Position numbers and translations under genes: made by a program
Notes under the pieces: generated by a model
The model's input: the letters and a program-made list of their open reading frames with translations, nothing else
Database searches by the model: none
What the model was told of the DNA's origin: nothing
Source of the DNA: Thainema sp.
Lineage (GTDB): Bacteria > Cyanobacteriota > Cyanobacteriia > Phormidesmidales > Phormidesmidaceae
DNA length: 18,581 nt
Direction of reading: 5' to 3'
NCBI GenBank assembly: GCA_052168235.1
Contig: JBQLZK010000096.1
Coordinates: forward strand, 1 to 18,581
Shown: positions 8,388 through 17,171 of the stretch, piece after piece
Layout of the letters: every line of letters starts with the position of its first letter
Numbering within the stretch: the first letter of the stretch is position 1

Positions 8388-9529
8388 CTACTGCTAAAAC
8401 TCGAACCACTAAATCCACTAAATCCGCCAAATCTCAGGCCAGTACTGAGGCTTCGGCTCTATTGCGGCTTCATGCCGAGCAGCAGTTTGCTGAAGAGTTA
8501 GCGGAGTTAGCCAAAGCGGACAACCGTCAATGCCCACCCAACTGGAAGCTCTCGCCCTGGGCCGTTTCGCTTTATCTGATAGGCGGCACGCTGGACAACG
8601 GTTTTGAAATTACGCCCAAATATATCGGTAATCGTCGCCTGATGGAAATTGCGATCGCAACGCTGGCCACGGATCGCGCTCTGCTGCTCTACGGCGTCCC
8701 TGGTACGGCCAAGTCCTGGGTTTCAGAACACTTGGCGGCAGCCATCTGTGGCGATTCCACCCTGCTGATTCAGGGCACAGCCGGAACCAGTGAAGAAGCG
8801 ATTCGCTACGGCTGGAACTACGCCCAACTGCTGGCCAAAGGGCCATCAATGGAGGCGCTCGTCAGCAGTCCACTGATGAAGGCGATGTCAGCGGGACAGA
8901 TTGCCCGCATTGAAGAACTAACGCGCATCCCGTCAGAAGTCCAGGACACCCTAATCACCGTGCTTTCGGAGAAGTCGCTGCCGATTCCCGAACTGGGCGA
9001 AGAGGTGCAGGCGGCCAAGGGCTTTAACGTGATCGCCACGGCCAATAACCGCGATCGCGGCGTTAACGAATTGTCCAGTGCCCTCAAGCGGCGATTCAAT
9101 ACCGTTATCCTGCCCGTGCCCGACACGATTGATCAAGAAGTGGCGATTGTCCAGCAGCGGATCGGCAGTCTAGGCAAGGCATTAGAGCTACCAGCAGAGG
9201 TGCCAGCCCTGGAAGAAATTCGGCGAGTTGTGACGATTTTCCGCGAGTTGCGGGGTGGCGCAACGCTGGATGGCCAAAACAAACTCAAATCACCCAGCGG
9301 TACCCTCAGTCCCGCCGAAGCGATTTCGGTGATGAGCAGCGGTATGGCGCTAGCGGCTCACTTTGGTGATGGCGTGCTAACTGCTTCTGACCTGGCATCC
9401 GGCGTAACGGGTGCAATTGTTAAAGACCCTGTGCAAGACGCGATTGTCTGGCGCGAGTACTTAGAAACGGTGGTCAAAGAACGAGACGGTTGGCAAGATC
9501 TCTATCGAGCCTGTCGCGAGGTGATCTAG
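8384..9529 (+). CDS. MoxR-type AAA+ ATPase (YehL-like)
   Basis: Walker A variant GVPGTAKS, Walker B IARIEE, sensor ATANNRD, arginine finger LSSALKRRF, and IQGTAGT..IRYGWNYA typical of the YehL subfamily. Confidence 0.93.
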   Translation: MTTAKTRTTKSTKSAKSQASTEASALLRLHAEQQFAEELAELAKADNRQCPPNWKLSPWAVSLYLIGGTLDNGFEITPKYIGNRRLMEIAIATLATDRALLLYGVPGTAKSWVSEHLAAAICGDSTLLIQGTAGTSEEAIRYGWNYAQLLAKGPSMEALVSSPLMKAMSAGQIARIEELTRIPSEVQDTLITVLSEKSLPIPELGEEVQAAKGFNVIATANNRDRGVNELSSALKRRFNTVILPVPDTIDQEVAIVQQRIGSLGKALELPAEVPALEEIRRVVTIFRELRGGATLDGQNKLKSPSGTLSPAEAISVMSSGMALAAHFGDGVLTASDLASGVTGAIVKDPVQDAIVWREYLETVVKERDGWQDLYRACREVI

Positions 9530-9537
9530 TTATCACT

Positions 9538-11898
9538 ATGAGTATTCACTATTTTGGTATTCGCCATCATGGGCCAGGATCGGCTCGCAGCTTGCTGAAT
9601 GCGTTAAAGGCTTTACAGCCAGATGTTTTGCTGATCGAAGCGCCTGCTGATGCTCAAGATGCGATCTCACTGGCAGCGCATCCGGACATCAAGCCTCCAG
9701 TTGCGGTTTTGCAGTATGTTTCAGCGAGTCCGCAGCAAGCGGTTTATTATCCCTTTGCGGTTTTCTCTCCTGAGTGGCAAGCGCTCCAATATAGCTTGAA
9801 CGCTGGGATTCCAATTCGGTTGATGGATTTGCCTCAAACTCATCAGTTTGCGCTGGATGAGGAGCAGAGAGCACAGGCTGTTACAGATGCGGCAGGTGCG
9901 ATCGCACCTGATTCTTCAACGGACGCTTCCCCAGCGGAAGATGCGGACTCCTCGACGGCAGAAGAGACAGCGGTAGACTGCTCTAGCCCTGAAGCTAATG
10001 CGGACATTCCAGAGTGGCTGCGTATCCGCCTCGATCCTCTGTCCTGGCTGGCTCAGGCGGCGGGCTATAGCGATGGGGAAAGCTGGTGGGAACATGTGGT
10101 TGAACAGCGACAGGATAGTCGCGATTTGTTTGCGGGCATTGCGGAGGCGATGACGGCTCTGCGGCAGCAGGTGGAAGCCCTAGAACCGCCCAGCACCGTC
10201 AGTTCAGACTTAGCGCGGCGGGCTGATCGGGAGAATTTGCGCGAAGCCTATATGCGGCAGACTATCCGGACGGCTGAGAAGGAATTTGAGCGGATTGCCG
10301 TTGTTTGTGGCGCTTGGCATGTGCCTGCCCTGCAGGCCCCGTTACCGTCAGCCAAGGACGATCAGGCGCTGCTTAAGGGGCTACCAAAGGCCAAAGTCAG
10401 TACCACCTGGGTGCCCTGGACGTATAGCCGTTTGCAGTTTAGCAGTGGCTATGGAGCTGGCATTCAATCTCCTGGCTGGTATCACCATCTCTGGCACCAT
10501 CCGCGCCATGTCACAACCCGCTGGATTGCCCGTGTGGCTCGCTTGCTGCGTAAAGAGGATTTGGATGCTTCGTCTGCCAGCGTGATTGAGGCCGTGCGCC
10601 TAGCCGATACGCTGGCCGCTTTACGAGATCGACCTCGTCCCAGTTTGGCGGAGCTGAATGAAGCCATTCAAACCGTGCTGTGTTTTGGCGATCCGTTGCC
10701 CCTGCAAATCATTCATCGCCGCCTAATTCTCAATGATCGCTTAGGTGCGGTTCCGGCTGAAACTCCGGCTATTCCTCTCCAGCAGGATGTCCAGCAACTG
10801 CAAAAGCGCCTGCGCCTCAAACCTGAAGCTACTGAAAAAACGCTTGTCCTCGACCTCCGCAAACCGCTAGATCGGGAGCGATCGCACATTTTGCATCGGC
10901 TTAATTTGCTGCGTGTACCTTGGGGATCTGTCCAGCGCTCGACGGGTACAGGCACCTTTAAGGAAACCTGGCGCTTGCAGTGGCAGCCAGAATTCATGGT
11001 GAGGTTGATCGAGGCAGGCACCTGGGGCAACACAGTAGAATCCGCCGCGACAGCGCAAACCATTCATCAGGCGAATACCCTCACCGATTTACCCCAGTTA
11101 ACGACGCTGCTTGATCAAGTGCTGCTGGCTGATCTCTCAGCGGTTGTGGCCCATTTGATTACCTATCTCCAGGCAACGGCTGCTGTCGCTAGCGACATTG
11201 GCCACCTGATGGCAGCGCTGCCGCCACTAGCTCAGATCAGCCGCTATTCCGATGTTCGCCAAACGGATACAGCTGCGATCGCACATATCATTGATGGCTT
11301 AGTGGCCCGGATTTGCATTGGCTTACCCGCCGCCTGCTTTTCCCTTGATGATGACGCCGCCAATCAAATGTTTAATCACGTCATGGCGGTGAATAGCGCC
11401 GTCCAGCTTCTGCAAAACTCGCAGTATCAAGCCGATTGGTTTCAAGTCCTGCGACTGCTGAGCAATCGCCAAAGCCTGCACGGCATCCTGGCTGGACGCT
11501 GCTGTCGCCTCCTGCTAGATGCTGGCGAAATCAGCAGTGAAACGGCTGCTCAACAACTGCACTTTGCCCTCTCGCAAGCCACTGAACCTGCCCAAGCTGC
11601 CGCCTGGATTGAAGGGCTGCTGCGCGGTAGCGGTCTACTCCTGCTGCATGACGAAACGCTCTGGTCAGTCTTGGATAACTGGCTGATATCGCTACCTAAT
11701 GATGGGTTTACCCTCACGCTTCCTCTGCTGCGGCGCACCTTTTCTACTTTTAGCCAGCCCGAACGTCGTCAAATGGCCGAACGTGTTAAGCAGGGCACTG
11801 TTGCCGTATCGGTGGGTTCATCAGCTACATCAATGTCGAACGAGGGAGATATTGTGCTGCCGATTGTGGCGCAGTTGTTGGGAGTGAGGTTTGGCTAG
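9538..11898 (+). CDS. DUF5682 family protein (YehM-like)
   Basis: ATG at 9538 gives MSIHYFGIRHHGPGSAR. Motifs YYPFAVFSPEWQA, REAYMR, VVCGAWHVPAL, TWVPWT..RL..SGYGAG..SPGWY and LPLLRRTFS. Follows the MoxR gene by 8 nt. Confidence 0.88.
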   Translation: MSIHYFGIRHHGPGSARSLLNALKALQPDVLLIEAPADAQDAISLAAHPDIKPPVAVLQYVSASPQQAVYYPFAVFSPEWQALQYSLNAGIPIRLMDLPQTHQFALDEEQRAQAVTDAAGAIAPDSSTDASPAEDADSSTAEETAVDCSSPEANADIPEWLRIRLDPLSWLAQAAGYSDGESWWEHVVEQRQDSRDLFAGIAEAMTALRQQVEALEPPSTVSSDLARRADRENLREAYMRQTIRTAEKEFERIAVVCGAWHVPALQAPLPSAKDDQALLKGLPKAKVSTTWVPWTYSRLQFSSGYGAGIQSPGWYHHLWHHPRHVTTRWIARVARLLRKEDLDASSASVIEAVRLADTLAALRDRPRPSLAELNEAIQTVLCFGDPLPLQIIHRRLILNDRLGAVPAETPAIPLQQDVQQLQKRLRLKPEATEKTLVLDLRKPLDRERSHILHRLNLLRVPWGSVQRSTGTGTFKETWRLQWQPEFMVRLIEAGTWGNTVESAATAQTIHQANTLTDLPQLTTLLDQVLLADLSAVVAHLITYLQATAAVASDIGHLMAALPPLAQISRYSDVRQTDTAAIAHIIDGLVARICIGLPAACFSLDDDAANQMFNHVMAVNSAVQLLQNSQYQADWFQVLRLLSNRQSLHGILAGRCCRLLLDAGEISSETAAQQLHFALSQATEPAQAAAWIEGLLRGSGLLLLHDETLWSVLDNWLISLPNDGFTLTLPLLRRTFSTFSQPERRQMAERVKQGTVAVSVGSSATSMSNEGDIVLPIVAQLLGVRFG

Positions 11899-11997
11899 GT
11901 GAGTGCTGAGGATGGGGGGTTGGGGTGCTAGGTTTTGGGTAATAGGTGCTGGCAAGTGTTGAGCTGTAGCAGTCGTCACATTGGGTGGGATGTTGGA

Positions 11998-12029
11998 AAA
12001 ACGTTCGAACGTTCGAATGTTTAAACGTT
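11998..12029. repeat. Octamer tandem repeat (CGAACGTT-like) x4
   Basis: aaaacgtt cgaacgtt cgaatgtt taaacgtt. Confidence 0.75.
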
Positions 12030-12136
12030 GGATTGTGTAGAGGTTCAATAAGGTGATATATGCAAATTCGCCTCACGCCTCACCCTCTTTTCAGGCAACG
12101 GTATAAGAAAACGTTTTAGTGTAGAGAAAAGCACAC

Positions 12137-13312
12137 ATGTCTTTATCAGAACGGGAGCGGCGTTGGCGGTTGGTGTTGGGGCGAGCGGCTGAGGCTACTA
12201 ATAGTCAGGGTTTTGGGCTGGAGGGTGAGATGTCTGCGGCTGATCAGGGGATGGATCGGTCGCTGGAGGCACTGTATGAAGCCGAGCGGCGGGGCGGGCT
12301 GGGGTCGTCATCGCCGAATGTGGCGCGCTGGCTGGGCGATATTCGTACCTATTTTCCGTCCAGTGTGGTCAAAATTATGCAGCAGGATGCGCTAGAGCGG
12401 CTGAATTTGACCCAAATGCTGCTGCAGCCGGAACTGCTGGAGCAGGTTGAGCCGGATGTTCACCTGGTTGCCAATCTGATTGCGCTGGGGCAGATTATTC
12501 CCAATGAGACCAAGGAAACGGCTCGCATGGTGGTTCATCAGGTGGTGGACGAGCTGCAGCGCAAGCTCTACAACCCAACTCGGCAGGCAATCCTGGGTAG
12601 CTTAAATCGCGCGACTCGCAACTATCGCCCTCGTCACAATGAAATTGACTGGCAGCGCACCATTCGCGCTAATCTGCGCCACTATCAGCCGGAGTACCGC
12701 ACGATTATTCCAGAAAAGCGGATTGGATTTGGTCGCAGACGCTCGTCGCTGCGAGACATCGTCCTTTGTGTGGATCAGAGCGGTTCAATGGCCGCTTCAG
12801 TCGTTTATTCCAGTATTTTTGCTGCCGTCATGGCCTCTCTGCCAGCGGTTTCGACTAGCTTGGTTGTGTTTGATACAGCCGTCGTAGACCTGACGGAAAA
12901 GCTGCAAGATCCGGTGGAGGTACTGTTCGGCACTCAGCTCGGCGGCGGCACCGACATCAATCGCGCCCTAGCCTATGCTCAAAGCCTGATTCGCCAGCCG
13001 CAGGATACGATTCTGGTTTTGATTAGCGATCTGTATGAAGGCGGTGTTGAGACAGAACTTTTAAAGCGTGCAGCTGCGATCGCAGCTTCAGGGGTTCAGT
13101 TTGTTGTATTACTGGCCCTGTGCGATACAGGTGCGGCTGCGTTTGACCAGCGAATTGCCAGCAAACTGGCCAGCATGGGAATTCCAGCATTTGCCTGTAC
13201 GCCAGATCAGTTCCCAGATTTAATGGCGACTGCCATTAGCCGTCAAGACATTGCTCAGTGGGCCGCAGCTCAAGATATCGTGGTTGCGGCTCCGAGATCT
13301 GCTCGTGTTTGA
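12137..13312 (+). CDS. VWA-domain protein (YehP/CoxE-like), probable MoxR partner
   Basis: RRWRLVLG N-terminus, IDWQRTIRANL, and MIDAS elements DQSGS, GGGTDI and LISD. Confidence 0.93.
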   Translation: MSLSERERRWRLVLGRAAEATNSQGFGLEGEMSAADQGMDRSLEALYEAERRGGLGSSSPNVARWLGDIRTYFPSSVVKIMQQDALERLNLTQMLLQPELLEQVEPDVHLVANLIALGQIIPNETKETARMVVHQVVDELQRKLYNPTRQAILGSLNRATRNYRPRHNEIDWQRTIRANLRHYQPEYRTIIPEKRIGFGRRRSSLRDIVLCVDQSGSMAASVVYSSIFAAVMASLPAVSTSLVVFDTAVVDLTEKLQDPVEVLFGTQLGGGTDINRALAYAQSLIRQPQDTILVLISDLYEGGVETELLKRAAAIAASGVQFVVLLALCDTGAAAFDQRIASKLASMGIPAFACTPDQFPDLMATAISRQDIAQWAAAQDIVVAAPRSARV

Positions 13313-13394
13313 TAACCGTAACTGACTAAACAAACGAGTTTGATCTGTTGTGCAGGTTAGACAGTACCTATAGTGATTCCAGTTAAGAGTGAAA

Positions 13395-13433
13395 AAAGAG
13401 GAGAGTGCCTCAGGATGAGGCACTCTCCTCTTT
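13395..13433. terminator. Bidirectional intrinsic terminator-like hairpin
   Basis: Perfect 18-bp stem AAAGAGGAGAGTGCCTCA / TGAGGCACTCTCCTCTTT with a GGA loop, A-run on the left and T-rich run on the right, between convergent genes. Confidence 0.8.
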
Positions 13434-13736
13434 CGTTTTTATCTAGAACCGCTATAACTTTCACAAAAAAGCTCCACAGCTTTACCGTGGAGCCAATTAA
13501 ACGCTGGATTTCAGAGCTTTGATCAGAGAAATGATTCAGATCACTATGCAACCCACTTTCTCGAAAGAAAGCAAACCATTGGAATAATGAGTGTTCTGTT
13601 AACCTGATCTCAGCACCGATTGAGGTACTTGACTATTAGTATGAAGGAGTTGCTACGCAGTAGAGATCGATTTGTGCCAATTCCTCAATCGTACTGAGTA
13701 GCGCGTATTGCTCAGCAACAATTTATACTGGCGAGA

Positions 13737-14174
13737 TTAGCTCAACCAGTGGAGTTGCAGCGTCACGATTGCACTCAGTCCGAGACCGATCCATGACGTG
13801 ATCCAAAGACAGAAAAAGGACTGCACACTGTGCATCCGCAGCATCAGCGTATCCAATCGGGCGAGCAGAAGCGACGAGATTAAGACTAGAAAATAAGCAG
13901 TAATATGAATCCAGACGATGGCAATAACGGCCAATGAGGCCAATGACAAGATGGTGATTGTGTATCCGGCATCGGACTGAACGTGTCTCAGAAAAAAGTT
14001 CTGCGCGGGTTCCCACAGAAATGTAAAGATAGCGGCTTCAAACAGCCCAAATCCGGCTGACAATCCCCAAACTGCGGGTGGTGCTTCAGAGCGAAACAGA
14101 AACCAGCCGAAGGTAAAAAAGGCGCTCAGCAACAGGAAAAAAGAGAGAAGCGGCAGTCGAGTTAGTCTAGTCAT
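13737..14174 (-). CDS. Hypothetical integral membrane protein
   Basis: 145 aa with about 4-5 hydrophobic segments. Starts 18 nt after the ferredoxin stop on the same strand. Confidence 0.8.
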   Translation of the reverse strand: MTRLTRLPLLSFFLLLSAFFTFGWFLFRSEAPPAVWGLSAGFGLFEAAIFTFLWEPAQNFFLRHVQSDAGYTITILSLASLAVIAIVWIHITAYFLVLISSLLLARLDTLMLRMHSVQSFFCLWITSWIGLGLSAIVTLQLHWLS

Positions 14175-14192
14175 TCCCTCAGTATCGTTACG

Positions 14193-14597
14193 CTAGAGAT
14201 TAATGGCAATGGCTTGAACAGGGCAAGTCGGAATGCACTGTTCACAAACGATGCAGCGCGATCGCGTAAAGTTGAGCTGAAACGTATCTGCCGTTAGCGT
14301 CAACGCCTGGGTCGGACAGATACCAGTACACAGCCCGCAATGCACACAGATATCATCATCGATCAGGATTTCTCGATTAGATAAGGAAATGCCAATCTCC
14401 TGCGATCGCAACCAATCTAGCGCGGCATCAAGTTGATCGATATCGCCTGATAGCTCCACTACAAGGGTACCAATTTGATTTGGTGCTACCTGGGCTCGAA
14501 TAATATTCGCTGCCACGTTGAAGTCTTTGGCCAAACGATAAGTGATTGGCATGTGGACGGAGCGTTTGGGGAATGTCAGTGTGACGCGTTTCTTCAT
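14193..14597 (-). CDS. NIL-domain 2x[4Fe-4S] ferredoxin (probably Fed9/Slr2059-like)
   Basis: N-terminal NIL/ACT-like domain (LTFP..PITYRLAKDFNVAANIIRA) plus two CxxCxxCxxxCP motifs: CVHCGLCTGICP and CIVCEQCIPTCP. Confidence 0.92.
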   Translation of the reverse strand: MKKRVTLTFPKRSVHMPITYRLAKDFNVAANIIRAQVAPNQIGTLVVELSGDIDQLDAALDWLRSQEIGISLSNREILIDDDICVHCGLCTGICPTQALTLTADTFQLNFTRSRCIVCEQCIPTCPVQAIAINL

Positions 14598-14693
14598 AGG
14601 GTTGTGGTTTTTCGTTACACTAAATGCGATACGTGCAATAAATGCGATCGCGACGACCCGGATTAGGCAAACTGCCCCATAACACGCTTATAT

Positions 14694-14788
14694 CAAGTCT
14701 GTGTATTAGAACATAATTTATTTTTTGTGAAACGTTTGCGGAGCAAACGTTTCACAAAAAATAAATTATGGATTTCCAACCAGACTTG
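14694..14788. repeat. Long palindromic element, MITE-like
   Basis: Perfect 28-bp arms at 14712-14739 and 14743-14770 around a GGA loop. Outer arms CAAGTCTG (14694-14701) and CAGACTTG (14781-14788) share the same symmetry centre (14741). Confidence 0.85.
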
Positions 14789-14922
14789 GACATTACTTCA
14801 TCCACATCGGTGCGCCTGAAAATGTTTCTGCTTCTAGCTTCTGCTTTTAGGATAAGGGCATTTATCCGGTTTACCGACTGCCATGATAATTCTTTTTGCT
14901 AGATTGCTGTATATCTGAACCT

Positions 14923-15567
14923 ATGGCTGTAGAACCTTCTAAATCCTCTACTCAACCCACGGAGTCTGAGCCGATATCTCGCTCCACGGCTGACGCCGAC
15001 ATGACAATTGGTAAGCAGTTGCGAAATCTGCTGATTGTCGTCGTGGCAACCGTCCTCACCGTCACCGTCTTTCTAGGATTCCGTACCCAAGCAACGACCG
15101 TGTCGCTCAATGAACTGGCTGAGGACGGAACCGTGCCGCTGGAGTTGGCGTTAGCCAACGGTAAGCCCTCTCTGGTTGAGTTCTATGCCAACTGGTGTAC
15201 CTCCTGTCAGGCAATGGCTAAGGATTTAGGCGAGCTGAAAGATAACTATAAAGACCAGCTCAACTTTGTCATGCTCAACGTAGATAACAGCAAATGGCTA
15301 CCGGAAATGCTGCACTATCGAGTGGATGGCATTCCTCACTTTGTCTTTTTGGATTCCACAGGTGAAACGGTTGCCTCTGTAATTGGGGAACAGCCCCGCT
15401 CGATTATGGCGGCCAATGTGGAAGCACTGATTAGCGGCGACGGTTTACCTTATGTGCAGGGTCGCGGCCAAACCTCCACCGTAGAGGCCAAGCCGCTTGC
15501 GCCAAACAGTCGTCCTGATGATCCTCGTAGCCACAGCAGCCAAGTTGTTGACAATCCTCAAGATTAG
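14923..15567 (+). CDS. txlA: Membrane-anchored thioredoxin-like thiol:disulfide protein TxlA/HCF164-like
   Basis: N-terminal transmembrane helix, LANGKPSLVEFYANWCTSC active site, FVMLNVDNSKW, YRVDGIPHF and C-terminal DPRSHS. ATG at 14923 preferred over TTG at 14896. Confidence 0.88.
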   Translation: MAVEPSKSSTQPTESEPISRSTADADMTIGKQLRNLLIVVVATVLTVTVFLGFRTQATTVSLNELAEDGTVPLELALANGKPSLVEFYANWCTSCQAMAKDLGELKDNYKDQLNFVMLNVDNSKWLPEMLHYRVDGIPHFVFLDSTGETVASVIGEQPRSIMAANVEALISGDGLPYVQGRGQTSTVEAKPLAPNSRPDDPRSHSSQVVDNPQD

Positions 15568-15685
15568 GATCTGCCCGATCCAGCTCCAGTTCAGTTGAAT
15601 GATCCTGTTGCGGGTTGCCCAACTGGACTGGAGCTTGTGCTGTTAAATCGTTACGCCATCATTACACAGAGTTCGATTGCAAACC

Positions 15686-15747
15686 CATAACTTAATTTTG
15701 TGAAGAGTTTGTGTCACAGGCCTTTCGCAGAATTAAGTTGTGTTTTT
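15686..15747 (+). terminator. RNA hairpin followed by T-run, downstream of txlA
   Basis: 15686-15704 pairs with 15724-15742 over 19 bp. All three non-Watson-Crick positions are G-U on the + strand. TTTTT follows at 15743-15747. Confidence 0.55.
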
Positions 15748-15832
15748 ATACATGGACTTGATATTACGTCAGATGGTGGCTCGGATTTGTCCTTGCCATA
15801 ATTAAAGTATTCTTCGTTGAGTTTCTCTAAAT

Positions 15833-16603
15833 ATGGGCGTTCCTCTTAGCGTTCTGATTATTGCGCTGGTCTTGCTCATCAGCGGTCTCAAGATTGATCG
15901 AGAATATCAGCGAGGGGTGATCTTCCGGCTGGGTCGTCTAGCCGGAACGAAAGGCCCCGGCATGTACTGGATTATGCCGCTGATTGATCAGAAAGTTCGA
16001 GTTGATATTCGGACGAAAACCGTCGATATTCAGTCTCAGGAAACGGTCACGGCAGATAGCGTCACGATTAAGGTAAATGCGGTTCTCTACTACCGGATTT
16101 TGGATGCTCGCAAAGCCATCAACCAGGTAGAGGATTACCAGATGGCGGTTTACCAAACGGCGCTGACCACATTGCGTAACGTTGTGGGTCAAAACAAGCT
16201 GGATGACGTGCTGCAGAATCGCGACAAGGTGAACTACCGCGTGCAGGAAATCGTTGACGAGATTACTGAACCCTGGGGCATCGTGGTGGAACGAGTCGAA
16301 ATGAAGGACGTAGAAATTCCAACCAGTATGCAGCGGGCCATGGCAAAAGAAGCGGAAGCACTGCGGGAAAAACGAGCCAGGTTGATCAAGGCTGCCGCTG
16401 AGCAAGAAGCCTCCGTCAAGTTGGCAGAAGCATCGAAAGCCATCCTCGAAAATCCGGCAGCGCTGGAACTGCGCCGTCTGCAGATGCTCACGGAAGTTGG
16501 GGCCGAAAATAACACAACGACGCTGGTAATGATGCCGTCTGACTTTATGCTGCTGGCCAAAAGCTGGTCAGAAGCTCTGCAGCGATCGCAAGAGTCAAAA
16601 TAA
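15833..16603 (+). CDS. Stomatin-like SPFH/band-7 (slipin) protein
   Basis: N-terminal hydrophobic anchor, EYQRGVIFRLG, GPG, QTALTTLRNVVG, TEPWGIVVERVEMKD, RAMAKEAEA and ALELRRLQ. Confidence 0.95.
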   Translation: MGVPLSVLIIALVLLISGLKIDREYQRGVIFRLGRLAGTKGPGMYWIMPLIDQKVRVDIRTKTVDIQSQETVTADSVTIKVNAVLYYRILDARKAINQVEDYQMAVYQTALTTLRNVVGQNKLDDVLQNRDKVNYRVQEIVDEITEPWGIVVERVEMKDVEIPTSMQRAMAKEAEALREKRARLIKAAAEQEASVKLAEASKAILENPAALELRRLQMLTEVGAENNTTTLVMMPSDFMLLAKSWSEALQRSQESK

Positions 16604-16711
16604 ACTGTCTCACCGCTTACACAGCGCAAATTACACAGCCAGATTACACCGTGCACATTGAAAGCCCAAGCGATTTTGCCACCATGGCGTGGCGGCAAAA
16701 TTACTTAGACT

Positions 16712-17170
16712 TTACTGCATGTACTTCATTTCGATTTGAATCGCCGTATTGGGGCCAGCAATGAGAAAGACCGCATCTTCAAACGCCGCTGGCCCAGTTT
16801 CAGCCACCGCATCATTAGAAAACGCATAGCCTTCTGTCGGCATGCCAAAGGCACCACGATTCAACTGTTCGTCTCCGTTGCTGTCGTGATAAGCCGCGAT
16901 CGCATAGCTGCCCGGTTGCACATCGGTAAACGTAACTGTCATTGGTGTTTCGCTTTCGCCGATGGCAATACACTGGCGCTGCACCGCACTGTTATCGTCA
17001 TTGGGAAAACCCGAGCTGCCTGAAAACAGCTTGACGCAAACCTGACCTTCAGCGCTTCGTAGGCCATTTACAGCAATATTGAGCTGGCTGCTGGTTAAGT
17101 CAGCTTGGGCGGATTGTGCGATCGCAAGGCTGCTGAGGATCAGGAGGGTAGAGGATAGGAGGTTGGGCAT
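16712..17170 (-). CDS. DUF2141-like secreted protein
   Basis: Signal peptide ending AQA, then GLRSAEGQV, PGSYAIAAYHDSNGD..LN...GMPTEGYAFSN. Confidence 0.88.
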   Translation of the reverse strand: MPNLLSSTLLILSSLAIAQSAQADLTSSQLNIAVNGLRSAEGQVCVKLFSGSSGFPNDDNSAVQRQCIAIGESETPMTVTFTDVQPGSYAIAAYHDSNGDEQLNRGAFGMPTEGYAFSNDAVAETGPAAFEDAVFLIAGPNTAIQIEMKYMQ

Positions 17171-17171
17171 A

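Noticed and set aside
9490..9537. Upstream TTG start for the DUF5682-like gene
   Set aside because: It would overlap the ATPase gene by 40 nt; ATG at 9538 immediately precedes the conserved GIRHHGPGS motif.
11825..12076. Minus-strand ORFs of 83 and 72 aa
   Set aside because: Low-complexity translations of the repeat-rich gap, antisense to the operon.
13440..13736. Possible sRNA or small gene in the long convergent intergenic region
   Set aside because: Only weak hairpins and unconvincing short ORFs; no recognisable RNA family.
15699..15718. CRP-like site TGTGA...TCACA
   Set aside because: Spacer is 10 nt rather than 6, and the sequence is better explained as part of the RNA hairpin.
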